Source: Longimicrobiales bacterium (lineage in GTDB: Bacteria; Gemmatimonadota; Gemmatimonadetes; Longimicrobiales; Gaopeijiaceae). Taken from it: a stretch of 64,000 nt of DNA. Positions 10,054-20,313 of this stretch are shown here, in pieces. The position numbers and the translations under genes were made by a program. The stretch covers positions 256,001-320,000 of the forward strand of contig CAXXKM010000003.1 of NCBI GenBank assembly GCA_963664435.2. The letters run 5' to 3'. Numbering within the stretch: position 1 is the stretch's first letter; each line of letters begins with the position of its first letter. Below the pieces are notes generated by a model. The model was not told the origin of the DNA and searched no databases. It saw only the letters and a program-made list of their open reading frames with translations.

Positions 10054-10614
10054 TCAGGGGAAGACGTCCGGCTGCATCTTGCGGCTGTTGCAGATCCCGT
10101 TGGTGTCGAACACGAAGACCACGGTGCGTTCCACAGGGTCCACGTCCAGGGGAACCAGCTTCGCGTAGTGGTTGCATAACTGCCCGTAGTTGGAGCGCAA
10201 GCGCCGCGTGCGCACCACATACAGACTCTCGAGGTTCACGGGCACGGCCTCGTTCTCGATATACACGTCATCGTCCTCGGGGGCTTCCTCGATGTCGTCG
10301 AAGTTCTCGTCGGGCAGCTCCACAAGCGCCGCGTCCGAATCGACGCCGAAGAATCCAGGGGTCAGGAAGACGGCCCGGCCGCCTTCGACATCCACGGCCA
10401 GATCCCAGGACGAGGTGGTTGCGGGGGCTTCGATGCGCACCGACCGCCGGGAGCCGAAGTCGAAACCGGTTTCGACGTTCGGCTCGGGACGGGAGATGGC
10501 ATACAGACGCACGGTGTCGGCCGACGCGATCCACTCGAGCGCGAAAGGATCTCTTCCGCACGCAGCGGTAGCAACCAGCGAAAGGACAAGGAGGATGATC
10601 CCGAGCGAACGCAT
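10054..10614 (-). CDS. predicted lipoprotein, hypothetical
   Basis: MRSLGIILLVLSLVATAAC lipobox-like signal followed by an acidic beta-rich domain; sigma70-like promoter upstream. Confidence 0.75.
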   Translation of the reverse strand: MRSLGIILLVLSLVATAACGRDPFALEWIASADTVRLYAISRPEPNVETGFDFGSRRSVRIEAPATTSSWDLAVDVEGGRAVFLTPGFFGVDSDAALVELPDENFDDIEEAPEDDDVYIENEAVPVNLESLYVVRTRRLRSNYGQLCNHYAKLVPLDVDPVERTVVFVFDTNGICNSRKMQPDVFP

Positions 10615-10681
10615 AACGACTTGTGACCACGAAGAAGGGGCTGGGTCCGGCGAGCTGACAACCTGTTCACGGAGCGCGCCA

Positions 10682-10710
10682 AGACTACCCCGGCGGCTCC
10701 ATGGGGTCAA
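10682..10710 (-). promoter_or_regulatory. sigma70-type promoter for the lipoprotein-serS run
   Basis: Minus strand reads TTGACC-17 nt-TAGTCT. Confidence 0.6.
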
Positions 10711-10730
10711 CCCCGGAGCGGCGAATTCCG

Positions 10731-10759
10731 TTGATTTTACACTGTGCCCCGGGTAAGTT
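10731..10759 (+). promoter_or_regulatory. sigma70-type promoter for manC
   Basis: TTGATT-17 nt-TAAGTT, ending 5 nt before an in-frame GTG at 10765. Confidence 0.55.
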
Positions 10760-10764
10760 TCCGC

Positions 10765-11871
10765 GTGCATCCTGACCCGCATCAGCGAGCGGCGGTGACG
10801 CCCAACGACCCCCACCTCCGGGTCGTCATCCTCGCGGGTGGCGCCGGTACCCGCTTCTGGCCCGCCAGCACCCCCGCTCGCCCCAAGCAGTTCCTGCCGC
10901 TGGTCTCCGACCGCCCCCTCGTGGCCGACACGGTCTCGCGCGCACTGGAACTGGTCCCGATTGCCCAGTTGCGGCTCGTTGCGGGACGGCATCTGGAGCC
11001 ACATCTGACCTCTGCGCTCCCGGAGGTGCCTCCCGGTTCCTTCCTGTGGGAGCCGCAGCAACGCAGCACGGCCCCGGCGCTCACCTGGGCGACCTGGCGC
11101 GCGTGGCGAAGCGATCCCGACGCCGTGATCGTCTCACTGCATTCGGACCATGACATCCACCCCTCGACCGCGTTCCGTTCACTGGTCGCGCGCGCGGTGC
11201 GGATCGCGGCCGGCAGGAGTGTGCTCCTGACCATCGGGGCTCAGCCGGATCGCCCCGACACCGGGTACGGATACCTGCAGCCCGGGGACGTCATGGACGG
11301 GCTCGCCCACGGCCGGGCGGGCGAGCTTCCCCGGCACGTGCTGCGTTTTCACGAGAAACCCGACGCTCGACGGGCCGCCGAGTATATTCGCCAGGGATTC
11401 CTCTGGAATACGGGCATCTTCGTCTGGCGGGCATCGGTGTTCCTGAAGGAACTCGGGGCGCACGCTCCCGACATCGCCGCCCTGATTCCGCTACTCGAAG
11501 CCGGGGATGTGGACGGGTTCTTTCGCCAGGCGCCGGCGGTGAGCGTAGACGAGGCCGTGCTGGAACGCAGCCAGGCGTGCGCCATGCTTCCGGCGACCTT
11601 TCACTGGGACGATGTGGGCAGCTGGGAGGCGCTGGCACGGACCCGACGGCCTGATGCAAGCGGGAATATCGCCGCCGGAGATGTCGTCCTCGTCGACTGT
11701 GACGACAACATCGCGTACAGCGAAGGCGGGCCCGTGGTGTTGTTCGGCGTGACGGACCTGGTGGTGGTCGCGGCGCGGGGCGCGACCATGGTCACGACCC
11801 GCGAGCATTCCCGCGAACTCAAACGCCTCCTGGAACGCTTGCCGTCGTCGTCCGCCCCGGAAGGGACGTGA
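10765..11871 (+). CDS. manC: mannose-1-phosphate guanylyltransferase
   Basis: VILAGGAGTRFWPAS...PKQFL, TGYGY, FHEKPD, WNTGIF and WDDVGSW. Start could be 10765 or 10795. Confidence 0.93.
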   Translation: MHPDPHQRAAVTPNDPHLRVVILAGGAGTRFWPASTPARPKQFLPLVSDRPLVADTVSRALELVPIAQLRLVAGRHLEPHLTSALPEVPPGSFLWEPQQRSTAPALTWATWRAWRSDPDAVIVSLHSDHDIHPSTAFRSLVARAVRIAAGRSVLLTIGAQPDRPDTGYGYLQPGDVMDGLAHGRAGELPRHVLRFHEKPDARRAAEYIRQGFLWNTGIFVWRASVFLKELGAHAPDIAALIPLLEAGDVDGFFRQAPAVSVDEAVLERSQACAMLPATFHWDDVGSWEALARTRRPDASGNIAAGDVVLVDCDDNIAYSEGGPVVLFGVTDLVVVAARGATMVTTREHSRELKRLLERLPSSSAPEGT

Positions 11872-13160
11872 CCACCCGGCTCTACCTGTTCGACGACGCC
11901 CGCGCCCGGCAGTGGGAACCGTTTGCCCTGACCCGCCCGGTAGCCGAGCTGGTGCTCGGAGCGCTGCGTTTCTGGGAGCGGGCATCCCGTGCGTGGGACG
12001 TGGAGTACGGCGGCCACCTCGCGGCTGCTCACCTCGCCGGTTTCCGGGAAGACGAAGGGCCCACCGCGCTCGCGCCGTCCGAGGTGAGTTCGCGCAACCA
12101 CCGCATCCTGGTATCCAGCCGAGCCGTCGTGCGGGATCCCCCGCAGCAGCTGCCTCCGGTCCCGGCCGCGTTGTGCATCGACGGCACGAGGGTCGGATGG
12201 AGCCTCCCCGCCGGCGTCCCGCTTCCCCACGCGCGTCATCTCGCCGATCCCGCTGCGGCCCCTCGCACGGGAATCCGGGTTGAGCTGGACGGGTTCGTCC
12301 TGGAACAAGTCTGGGAGCTGGTGGCGCGGACAGCCGGGCAGCTTCGTGAAGACCTGGAAGGCGCGGCGCTCACGCCCCTGCCGGCCGCCCCTCCAGGCGG
12401 AACCGCCGAGCGGCACGCCGGGGCGCATCCGGACCATCCCGCGATCCCGCCATCGAGGTCCTCCCTCCCGCCCGGCACGCACCTCCTGGGAGATGGTCCC
12501 ATCACGCTCGGCCCCGGTGCGGCGGTCGAACCGGGCGTGCTGCTGGACACGAGGCCGGGGCCGATCGTCCTCGGCGGGGACGTGCGCGTGTGCGGACCGG
12601 CCCGCCTGGAGGGCCCGCTGTATGTGGGACCGGGCACGACCATCCTCGGCGGACGGGTATGCGCCTCCTATGTAGGTCCGGCATGCAAGATCCGGGGCGA
12701 CGTGGAAAAAAGCGTCCTGCTCGGCTACGACAACAAGGCCCACGACGGCTTTGTCGGCCGGTCCTACCTCGGCCGGTGGGTGAACCTGGGCGCGATGACC
12801 ACCAACAGCGACCTTCGCAACGACTACCGCGAGGTTCAGGTCCGCACCGGCGAAGGCGCCGTGCCTTCCGGCCTCTTCAAGCTGGGCTGCCTTGTGGGCG
12901 ACCATGTCAAGACGGGAATCGGAACCCTCCTCAACACCGGGGCGGTGATCGGGGCGGGCTGCAACCTGTTCGGGGCCCGAACTCCGACGCGCCATCTCCC
13001 GCCCTTTCGATGGGGAACGGCCCCCGACGCGCCACACTTTCGGCTGGACCGCTTTCTGGACACCGCGGCGCGCGTGATGAATCGCCGAGGGGTGCGGCTG
13101 ACCCCGGAGATGCGGGCCGTTCTCGAGCGTGCCTGGCTCCGTGTGGCCGGATCCGACTAG
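11868..13160 (+). CDS. GlmU-related putative sugar nucleotidyltransferase with hexapeptide (LbH) domain
   Basis: N-terminal PFALTRPVAELVLG; LbH repeats; NKAHDGFVGRSYLGRWVNLGAMTTNSDL and GDHVKTGIGTLLNTG. Confidence 0.85.
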   Translation: MTTRLYLFDDARARQWEPFALTRPVAELVLGALRFWERASRAWDVEYGGHLAAAHLAGFREDEGPTALAPSEVSSRNHRILVSSRAVVRDPPQQLPPVPAALCIDGTRVGWSLPAGVPLPHARHLADPAAAPRTGIRVELDGFVLEQVWELVARTAGQLREDLEGAALTPLPAAPPGGTAERHAGAHPDHPAIPPSRSSLPPGTHLLGDGPITLGPGAAVEPGVLLDTRPGPIVLGGDVRVCGPARLEGPLYVGPGTTILGGRVCASYVGPACKIRGDVEKSVLLGYDNKAHDGFVGRSYLGRWVNLGAMTTNSDLRNDYREVQVRTGEGAVPSGLFKLGCLVGDHVKTGIGTLLNTGAVIGAGCNLFGARTPTRHLPPFRWGTAPDAPHFRLDRFLDTAARVMNRRGVRLTPEMRAVLERAWLRVAGSD

Positions 13161-13181
13161 GTCGGGGCGTCCGGGGCCGTC

Positions 13182-14003
13182 GTGCAGATCTGCGTGCTGG
13201 GCAGCGGAAGCAAGGGCAACTCGATTCTCGTCCGCTCCGGGCGCGCGACCGTGCTGGTCGACGCCGGCTTCAGTGCGCGCGAGACCGAGCGGCGCCTGAG
13301 GCTGGTCGGAGCGGAGGCGAGTGAGCTCTCGGCCATCATCCTCACGCACGAACACGGGGATCATACCCGGGGAAGCGGGGTGCTGGCGCGACGCCACGGC
13401 ATGCCCGTCTGTCTCACGGAAGCTACCCGCAGGGCGTGCGACCGTCTGTTCCGCGGATCGGAACGGGTTGTGGAGTATCGGCCCGGGCGCGCCTTCGGCG
13501 TCGAGGACCTGCGCGTGGAACCGTTCATGACCGTCCACGACGCCGCCGATCCCGTGGCCATCGCCCTGGTGGATGTCGGATCCGGTATCCGCGTCGGCGT
13601 CGCGACCGATCTCGGCCGCTCCACGGCGATCGTCCGACACGCACTCGCGGGCTGCGATTTCCTGGTCCTGGAGGCCAACCACGACGAGACGCTTCTCCAC
13701 CGGAGCTCCTACCCCGCCGCGGTCAAGTCGCGCATCGCATCCAGTCACGGACACCTGTCCAACCGCGCGGCGGCCCGTCTTGCCCTGGATCTCCTCCACC
13801 CCCGTCTCGCCGGCATCCTGCTGGCCCACCTCTCCGCCGAGTGCAACACGCCCGAACTGGCGCGCGACACAGTCTCGCGGACGCTGGCGAAGGCGGGATA
13901 CCAGGGCTTCCTGGACGTTGCCCGGCAGGATGAACCTACGGAGGTCCTTTGCGTCGATACCCTGCGCCGGGAACGCGGTCCCGAGCAGTTGTCGTTTCTC
14001 TGA
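13182..14003 (+). CDS. MBL-fold metallo-hydrolase (YycJ/PhnP-like)
   Basis: LGSGSKGN, THEHGDH, HDAADP, LEANHD, GHLSN and LAHLS. Confidence 0.9.
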   Translation: MQICVLGSGSKGNSILVRSGRATVLVDAGFSARETERRLRLVGAEASELSAIILTHEHGDHTRGSGVLARRHGMPVCLTEATRRACDRLFRGSERVVEYRPGRAFGVEDLRVEPFMTVHDAADPVAIALVDVGSGIRVGVATDLGRSTAIVRHALAGCDFLVLEANHDETLLHRSSYPAAVKSRIASSHGHLSNRAAARLALDLLHPRLAGILLAHLSAECNTPELARDTVSRTLAKAGYQGFLDVARQDEPTEVLCVDTLRRERGPEQLSFL

Positions 14004-14043
14004 GGCTGCGGTTCCCCGCTCCGCCCCGAGAGCGGTTCGGGCG

Positions 14044-15402
14044 TCACAACCCCAGCACGCGCAGGATGTCGTTGGAAAGCGCCCAGACCATGATCCCCAT
14101 GAGCACCAGGAAACCGACCCGGCTCCAGCGCAGCCGCTGCTCCAGGCTGAGCGCCTTGCCCCTGACCGCCTCGATCCCCAGGAAGACGAGGTGCCCTCCG
14201 TCGAGTATCGGAATGGGAAGCAGGTTCAGGATCGCCAGGTTCACCGAGAACAGGGCCATGAAGCGCAGGAAAGTCTGGAGTCCCGCTTCCGCGGCCTGGC
14301 CCGACAGGGTTCCGATAGTGACGATGCTGCCGACGTTGCGCGGGGAGACGTTCCCGGTGACGAGATCGCCCAGGAAGCCGAGAATCATGCGGGTCGTGCC
14401 CACGGTTTCCCGGTATCCGATGACCACCGCCCGGGTCAGGGGAACGGGCACGTACACGGCGGCCGGCACCGGAGCCAGGATCCCAACCTGACCCACCGTC
14501 CTGATCTCGCCGTCGGGCCCTCTTTCCTCACGCGACACGAGGGGCACCGCGATCTCCATCAGGACGTCGTCGCGCGCCACCTGAAGATCGACCGTGCTAC
14601 CCGGACGGCGCATGATCTCCCGCCGGAACAGCGCCCAGTTTTCCACGGCGATGCCGTCCACCGCCAGGACGCGATCTCCCCGCTGAAGCCCCGCGCGCGC
14701 CGCGGGCATCCCGGGCTCGACATCCAGCACCTCGGCCTCGATCCAGTAGTCGAGAGCCAATGCCAGGCGCTCGCGCGCCAAGGCGTCCCCGGGCGCCGGC
14801 ACCGACACGGTCACGCGCGGAGCTTCGGTCTCGACCGTGATGGTCTCGCCCGGTGCGGACAGGAACCCGTCCCGTACATCGCCCCAATGGTTCACGTCAC
14901 GCTCCCCCACGCGCGTGATGCGCGCGCCCACCGGAAGCCCGGCCAGCGGTTCCGCGCCCGGAGGAAGAAGCTCCATGTCCACGTAGCCGAGCCGGGTCTC
15001 GTCGGCCTCGGCACGGCCCCATCCCGCGGCAATCGTCGTATACGCCGCGAAGGCGAAGATCATGTTCATGATCACGCCCGCCGACAGCACCAGCGCACGC
15101 GCCCACACCGGCTTGCCGTCGAAGTCGGTGGGATCGGCCCGGCGACGCACCTCCGCGCCGCCCCCTTCCACCTTGTCCATGACCTCGTCGGCCATGCCGC
15201 TCATCTTCACATAGCCGCCCAGCGGAATCGCCGAGATCACGTATTCCGTGTCGCCGCGCCGGAAGCCCAGGACACGCGGCCCAAGCCCGATCGAGAAGCG
15301 CAGGACCTTTACGCCCACGGCCTTGGCCGCCCAGAAGTGACCCAGTTCGTGCACGAGGATCAGAACGCCCAGGACAACGATTGTCGCCAGCAACGCCATC
15401 AT
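14044..15402 (-). CDS. rseP: RIP metalloprotease RseP
   Basis: HELGH, IPLGGYVKM, PDZ region and NLLPIPILDGG. Confidence 0.96.
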   Translation of the reverse strand: MMALLATIVVLGVLILVHELGHFWAAKAVGVKVLRFSIGLGPRVLGFRRGDTEYVISAIPLGGYVKMSGMADEVMDKVEGGGAEVRRRADPTDFDGKPVWARALVLSAGVIMNMIFAFAAYTTIAAGWGRAEADETRLGYVDMELLPPGAEPLAGLPVGARITRVGERDVNHWGDVRDGFLSAPGETITVETEAPRVTVSVPAPGDALARERLALALDYWIEAEVLDVEPGMPAARAGLQRGDRVLAVDGIAVENWALFRREIMRRPGSTVDLQVARDDVLMEIAVPLVSREERGPDGEIRTVGQVGILAPVPAAVYVPVPLTRAVVIGYRETVGTTRMILGFLGDLVTGNVSPRNVGSIVTIGTLSGQAAEAGLQTFLRFMALFSVNLAILNLLPIPILDGGHLVFLGIEAVRGKALSLEQRLRWSRVGFLVLMGIMVWALSNDILRVLGL

Positions 15403-15441
15403 CCCTCTCCCTGTATGCGCCCGCTCGTCAGCCGCGCGGCC

Positions 15442-16590
15442 CTACGCGACCACCGCGGCGATGGATTCCCGGGTGACGTCCCGGGTCTCGGCGTCCACGC
15501 CGAGCACTTCCTCGACCGACCTGATTTCTCCCGGGGGAGTCCGATTCATCGCCGCGCCCACCACCGCCGCCATCTCCCGGAAGGGCAGCGCGCCTTTCAG
15601 GAATGCGTGGACCGCCACCTCGTTGGCCGCGTTGAAGACCGTCGGCGCCCAGCCACCGGCGCACCCCGCCTGCACACCCAGCTCGAACAGAGGGAACCGG
15701 GCCCGGTCGAGCGCCTCGAACGTGAGATCCGACAGGCTCGAAGGACTGAAGGTGCGCAGCCGGCCGTCGTCAATCCGCTCCGGGTGCGTCAGCGCGTACA
15801 GGATGGGCAGCTCCATGGTGGGAAGGCCGAGTTGCGCAACGACCGATCCGTCCGTGAACTCCACGAAGGAATGGATGATCGATTGCGGATGAACGACCAC
15901 GTCGATGCGTTCATACTCCATCCGGTACAGGAAATGTGCCTCGATGACCTCCAGCGCCTTGTTCGCGAGGGTGGCCGAATCGATGGTGATCTTGGAACCC
16001 ATGTTCCAGGTGGGGTGGCGCAGCGCGTCGGCCGGCGTGATGTCGTTCATTCGGGACGCGTTCCAGCAGCGAAAGGGACCGCCCGATGCGGTCAGCACGA
16101 TACGGGCCACATGCCGGGGGTCGCTTCCGGCAAGGCACTGGAGAATGGCGCTGTGTTCCGAATCGACCGGGACCAGTTCACCGCCCCCCGACCGCGCGGT
16201 CTCGTCAACGAGTGCGCCTCCCGCCACGAGCGACTCCTTGTTGGCCAGTGCGAGGCGCTTGCCGGCCCGCAGCGCGGCGAGGGTGGGCTCGAGGCCCGAA
16301 ACCCCCACCAGCGCATTGATGACCACGTCCGCATCGCTGTACCCCGCCAGTTCGACCAGAGCCTCCCGGCCATAGGCGGAGGATACGCCGGGGAGGTCGA
16401 GTCTCTCCGCGCCGGGATCGGCGATCACCACCCGGCGCGGGCGATGGAGCGCGGCCTGCTCGCGGAGCATGGAGACCGAGCGGTTGGCGGCCAGCGCAAC
16501 CACGCTGAAGCGCTCCGGGTGCCGGCCCATTACCTCGAGCGCACTGCGCCCGACCGACCCCGTGGATCCCAGGATCGCAACCCGAATCAC
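15442..16590 (-). CDS. dxr: 1-deoxy-D-xylulose-5-phosphate reductoisomerase
   Basis: ILGSTGSVG, LANKESLV, PVDSEHSA, HPTWNMGSKITIDSAT and NAANEVAV. Confidence 0.98.
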   Translation of the reverse strand: MIRVAILGSTGSVGRSALEVMGRHPERFSVVALAANRSVSMLREQAALHRPRRVVIADPGAERLDLPGVSSAYGREALVELAGYSDADVVINALVGVSGLEPTLAALRAGKRLALANKESLVAGGALVDETARSGGGELVPVDSEHSAILQCLAGSDPRHVARIVLTASGGPFRCWNASRMNDITPADALRHPTWNMGSKITIDSATLANKALEVIEAHFLYRMEYERIDVVVHPQSIIHSFVEFTDGSVVAQLGLPTMELPILYALTHPERIDDGRLRTFSPSSLSDLTFEALDRARFPLFELGVQAGCAGGWAPTVFNAANEVAVHAFLKGALPFREMAAVVGAAMNRTPPGEIRSVEEVLGVDAETRDVTRESIAAVVA

Positions 16591-16627
16591 GTCCCGGGAC
16601 CCTGCGCTGGAGGAATCACCATCCGGC

Positions 16628-17512
16628 TCATGGCGACACCGAGCCGGCGAGCTGAAGCGCCGCGTAGGCGAGCGGGAGCGTCACCAGCACCCCGTCGAGA
16701 CGATCGAGCACGCCGCCGTGGCCGGGCAGCAGCGATCCCGCGTCCTTGACCCCGGCCTCGCGCTTCAGGAGGGACACGGCCAGGTCGCCGGCCAGCGCCC
16801 CCATACCGATCAGCAGCGCAATGCCGACGATCCAGTACGGTCCGACGCCCAGCAGGAGGAAGGGCTCGGCGGCCACGGTCGCGAAGACCAGGCCCGCCGT
16901 CCCCGCGGCCAGGATGCCCGCGACCGTGCCTTCCACCGTCTTGCCCGGACTGACGGTTGGAAAAGGATGGCGACGCCCCCAAAGGCTGCCCACGATGTAG
17001 GCGGCGACGTCGCCGACCCAGGTGACCGCCAGCGGGAAGAGAAGCAGCAACGGGCCTTCGAGCGGCGCCGCGGCCCTCACGGCCACACCCGTCTCCGGAA
17101 GGTGGCGCAGCAGCACGGCGAAACAAAGCCCGCCTCCCACGTACAGCGCCGCCGTGAGGGTGGCGCACACGGATGCGAGCGGCTTGTCCGCCACATCGCG
17201 CGCGCGCACGGCGGCGACAAAGAGCACGACGGTGGCCCCCATGAGGACCGTCAGCGCGAGCGGGGCGAAACCGGTGAAAAATGGTTCCGCCGTCGCCGCC
17301 AGGACGAGTGCCGCCGTGACGGCCATGGCGATTCCGGTGAAGGGCCGAACCCCCGTACGCCGTGCCAGCAGGCAGAACTCGCGGGCGCCCAGCATGGCCA
17401 GCGCCGCCGCAAGCGCACCCATGAGCCACCCGCCCCGATAGATGACGGGAAGCACGACGAGCAGGGCGACCACCGCCACCAGCGCGCGGCGAGAGAGGTC
17501 GGCCATCCCCAT
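16628..17512 (-). CDS. cdsA: phosphatidate cytidylyltransferase
   Basis: Multi-TM protein with SPGKTVEG and KREAGVKDAGSLLPGHGGVLDRLD. Confidence 0.95.
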   Translation of the reverse strand: MGMADLSRRALVAVVALLVVLPVIYRGGWLMGALAAALAMLGAREFCLLARRTGVRPFTGIAMAVTAALVLAATAEPFFTGFAPLALTVLMGATVVLFVAAVRARDVADKPLASVCATLTAALYVGGGLCFAVLLRHLPETGVAVRAAAPLEGPLLLLFPLAVTWVGDVAAYIVGSLWGRRHPFPTVSPGKTVEGTVAGILAAGTAGLVFATVAAEPFLLLGVGPYWIVGIALLIGMGALAGDLAVSLLKREAGVKDAGSLLPGHGGVLDRLDGVLVTLPLAYAALQLAGSVSP

Positions 17513-18255
17513 CAGGCTGAAGTGATCCGGCCGAAGCGGCGGTCACGGCGCTGGTAGTCCAGGACCGCCGCAAGGAAGTCGTCCCTGGAGAAGTCCGGCC
17601 ACAGCACGGGGGTGATGTGGATCTCCGAGTAGGCAATCTGCCACAGCATGAAGTTGGAAATCCTGCATTCTCCGGAAGTCCGGATGAGGAGGTCGGGATC
17701 GGGGATGCCGCTCGTCAGCAGCGACCCCTCCAGGCACGCTTCGTCGATCTCGTCGGGTTCCAGCTCTCCGGCCCTGACGCGCGCCGCCAGCCGGCGGACC
17801 GCGGTCAGGATGTCTTCCCTTCCGCTGTACGAGATCATCAGGTTGAGTCTGAGCGTCCTTCCCCCCTCGGTCTCGCGCATGATACGCTCCACGGCCGCAC
17901 GCGCTGAAGCCTGCATTCTGGCCAGGGTGCCGAGCACACGTACTTCGACGCCCTTCTCCACCAGCTCCGAGCGCTCCCGCTCGGCGTACGCCTTCAGGAG
18001 CGACATGAGGGCGGAAACTTCCTCCGATGGACGATTCCAGTTGTCGGTGGAAAACGCGAAGAGAGTAAGGATTTCGACGCCGGCGTCGACCGAAGCCTCG
18101 ATGGTCGTGCGTACTGCGCTCATCCCGGCCTCGTGCCCCGACTTGCGGGGCAGACCCTGCCGCCGGGCCCAGCGCCCGTTGCCGTCCATGATGACGGCGA
18201 CGTGACGGGGTATGGGACCGCTCATGTCAATCCGGGCCGGCACGTTGGACTTCAT
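17512..18255 (-). CDS. uppS: undecaprenyl diphosphate synthase (cis-isoprenyltransferase)
   Basis: HVAVIMDGNGRWA, FAFSTDNWNRP and DLLIRTSGECRISNFMLWQ. Confidence 0.97.
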   Translation of the reverse strand: MKSNVPARIDMSGPIPRHVAVIMDGNGRWARRQGLPRKSGHEAGMSAVRTTIEASVDAGVEILTLFAFSTDNWNRPSEEVSALMSLLKAYAERERSELVEKGVEVRVLGTLARMQASARAAVERIMRETEGGRTLRLNLMISYSGREDILTAVRRLAARVRAGELEPDEIDEACLEGSLLTSGIPDPDLLIRTSGECRISNFMLWQIAYSEIHITPVLWPDFSRDDFLAAVLDYQRRDRRFGRITSA

Positions 18256-18257
18256 GG

Positions 18258-18809
18258 CTAGATGGCCATGACCTCCCCCTCCTTGGCCTTCATGAGCTCG
18301 TCCAGAGAAGCCACGTAGCGGTCGGTGACCTTCTGGATCTCGCTCATCATCTGGTGACCCTGGTCGTCGCTGATCTCGTGCTCCCTCATGCGACGCTTCA
18401 CCTCCCCGTTGCCCGCGCGCCGCGCATGGCGGATCGAGATCCGGGCATTCTCCGACATCTTGTGGATGATGCGCACGTATTCCCGGCGTCGTTCCTCGGT
18501 GAGCGGAGGAATCGGTACGCGGATGAGGTTGCCGTTGTTGGATGGGTTGAGTCCGAGGTTCGCCGACATGATCGCCCTCTCCACGGAAGCGAGCTGCGAC
18601 TTGTCATACGGCTGCACCACCAGCAGGCTCGCGTCGGCCGCGACCACCGTCGCGAGCTGGTTCAGGGGCATGCTGGCCCCGTAGGCGTCGACCCGGACGC
18701 TGTCCAGCAGCGCGGGGGTCGCCTTGCCGGTTCGAACCGTCGCGAACTCGCGCCGGGCAGCATCGAGCGCGGCGTCCATGCGCTCCGTGAGTTCCTCCAT
18801 GAGTCCCAT
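18258..18809 (-). CDS. frr: ribosome recycling factor
   Basis: VRTGKA, VDAYG and IPPLTEERRRE; sits between pyrH and uppS. Confidence 0.97.
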   Translation of the reverse strand: MGLMEELTERMDAALDAARREFATVRTGKATPALLDSVRVDAYGASMPLNQLATVVAADASLLVVQPYDKSQLASVERAIMSANLGLNPSNNGNLIRVPIPPLTEERRREYVRIIHKMSENARISIRHARRAGNGEVKRRMREHEISDDQGHQMMSEIQKVTDRYVASLDELMKAKEGEVMAI

Positions 18810-18857
18810 GACAGCCTCCCGTCCGCGTGTGGTGTTGATCGGAGAGCAAATACCCGG

Positions 18858-19580
18858 TCAGGAAACCAACGTGCCTATGCGCTCCCCCCTGATGGCGGCC
18901 CCGACCGCGCCTCTATCGCCGAGGTTGAGTACGATGATGGGCAGCTGGTTGTCCTTGCAGAGCGACACTGCCGGGGCATCCATGACCCCCAGTTCCCGGG
19001 CGATCACTTCCTGAAAGCTGATGCTCGGGATGAATCGCGCGTTCGGATCCAGGAGAGGATCGGCCGTAAAGATTCCCGCGACCTTGGTGGCCTTGATGAT
19101 CACGTCGGCTTCCATCTCGATCGCTCGAAGGGCGGCCGCGGTGTCGGTGGAAAAATACGGGTTCCCCGTGCCTCCCGCGAAGATGACCACCCGGCCCTTC
19201 TCCAGGTGGCGAATCGCTCGGCGGCGAATGTAGGGCTCCGCCAGCTTTTCCATGCGAAAAGCTGTCAGCACGCGCGTCGTTACGTCCTTGCGCTCGAGCA
19301 GATCCTGCAGCGCCAGGGCGTTGATGACGGTGGCGAGCATGCCCATGTAGTCGGCGGTGACACGGTCCATGCCCTGGCGGCTGGCCAGCGCCCCGCGCAC
19401 GATGTTGCCGCCCCCGATGACGATGCCGAGGGCCACGCCCAGTTCGGCGAGCGTTCCGATCTCGTCGGTGAGGCGGTCCACGACCGGGGGCGAGATGCCG
19501 AATCCCTCCTCTCCCGCGAGAGCCTCGCCGGAGAGCTTCAGAAGAACCCGGGAGTATCGGAATTCCGGCGAGCCGCTCAT
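18858..19580 (-). CDS. pyrH: UMP kinase
   Basis: LLKLSGEAL, GGGNIVRG, DYMGMLAT and GNPYFSTDTAA. Confidence 0.98.
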   Translation of the reverse strand: MSGSPEFRYSRVLLKLSGEALAGEEGFGISPPVVDRLTDEIGTLAELGVALGIVIGGGNIVRGALASRQGMDRVTADYMGMLATVINALALQDLLERKDVTTRVLTAFRMEKLAEPYIRRRAIRHLEKGRVVIFAGGTGNPYFSTDTAAALRAIEMEADVIIKATKVAGIFTADPLLDPNARFIPSISFQEVIARELGVMDAPAVSLCKDNQLPIIVLNLGDRGAVGAAIRGERIGTLVS

Positions 19581-19600
19581 CGTCCCGCGGGCGTTCGCCG

Positions 19601-20200
19601 TCAGCCGCGCTGCCCGATCGCGAACCTCGAAAAGCGGGCGACTTCGATCTTCTCGCCCGTCTTCGCCGATACTTCGGTCACGAGTTCGCCGATGGTCCGG
19701 GCCGTATCCTTGATGAAGGGCTGTTCCAGCAGCACCTGATCCTTGTAGAAGGCCTTGAGCTTGCCCTCGACAATCATGTCCTGGATGCGTTCCGGCTTCC
19801 CTTGAGTGCGCACCTGCTCCCGGTAGATCGCCTGTTCACGCTCGACCACGTCCTGCGGAAGGTCCTCCGCGCGCACGGCAATCGGATCCTGGGAGGCGAT
19901 GTGGAGGGCGACGTCCTTCGCCAGCGCCCGGAAGTCGTCCGTGTTGGCCACGAAATCCGTCTCGCAGTTGACCTCGACGATCACGCCCACCCTCCGGTCG
20001 AAATGGATGTAGCTGCCGATGGTTCCCTGGTTGGTGTCCCTGCCCGCCCGCTTGGAAACCTTCGCCGCGCCTCTGGCACGGAGGAGGTCGACCGCGGCCT
20101 CGAGATCCCCACCGGTCTCTTCGAGCGCGCGCTTGCAATCCATCATGCCCCCGCCGGTACGGTCGCGCAGGGCCTTCACCATCTTTGCGGGAATCGTCAT
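19601..20200 (-). CDS. tsf: translation elongation factor Ts (short form)
   Basis: VKALRDRTGGGMMDCKRAL and EVNCETDFVA. Confidence 0.97.
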   Translation of the reverse strand: MTIPAKMVKALRDRTGGGMMDCKRALEETGGDLEAAVDLLRARGAAKVSKRAGRDTNQGTIGSYIHFDRRVGVIVEVNCETDFVANTDDFRALAKDVALHIASQDPIAVRAEDLPQDVVEREQAIYREQVRTQGKPERIQDMIVEGKLKAFYKDQVLLEQPFIKDTARTIGELVTEVSAKTGEKIEVARFSRFAIGQRG

Positions 20201-20313
20201 GTGCAGTATCCGCCTGGTGGTTGTTTCGGAGTTGCGGGGCGCGGGACCCGGTGATGATCCTTCCCCGCGACCCTGGACTGTACTTCGCTGTCCGGCATTG
20301 GCCGGAACGAGGG

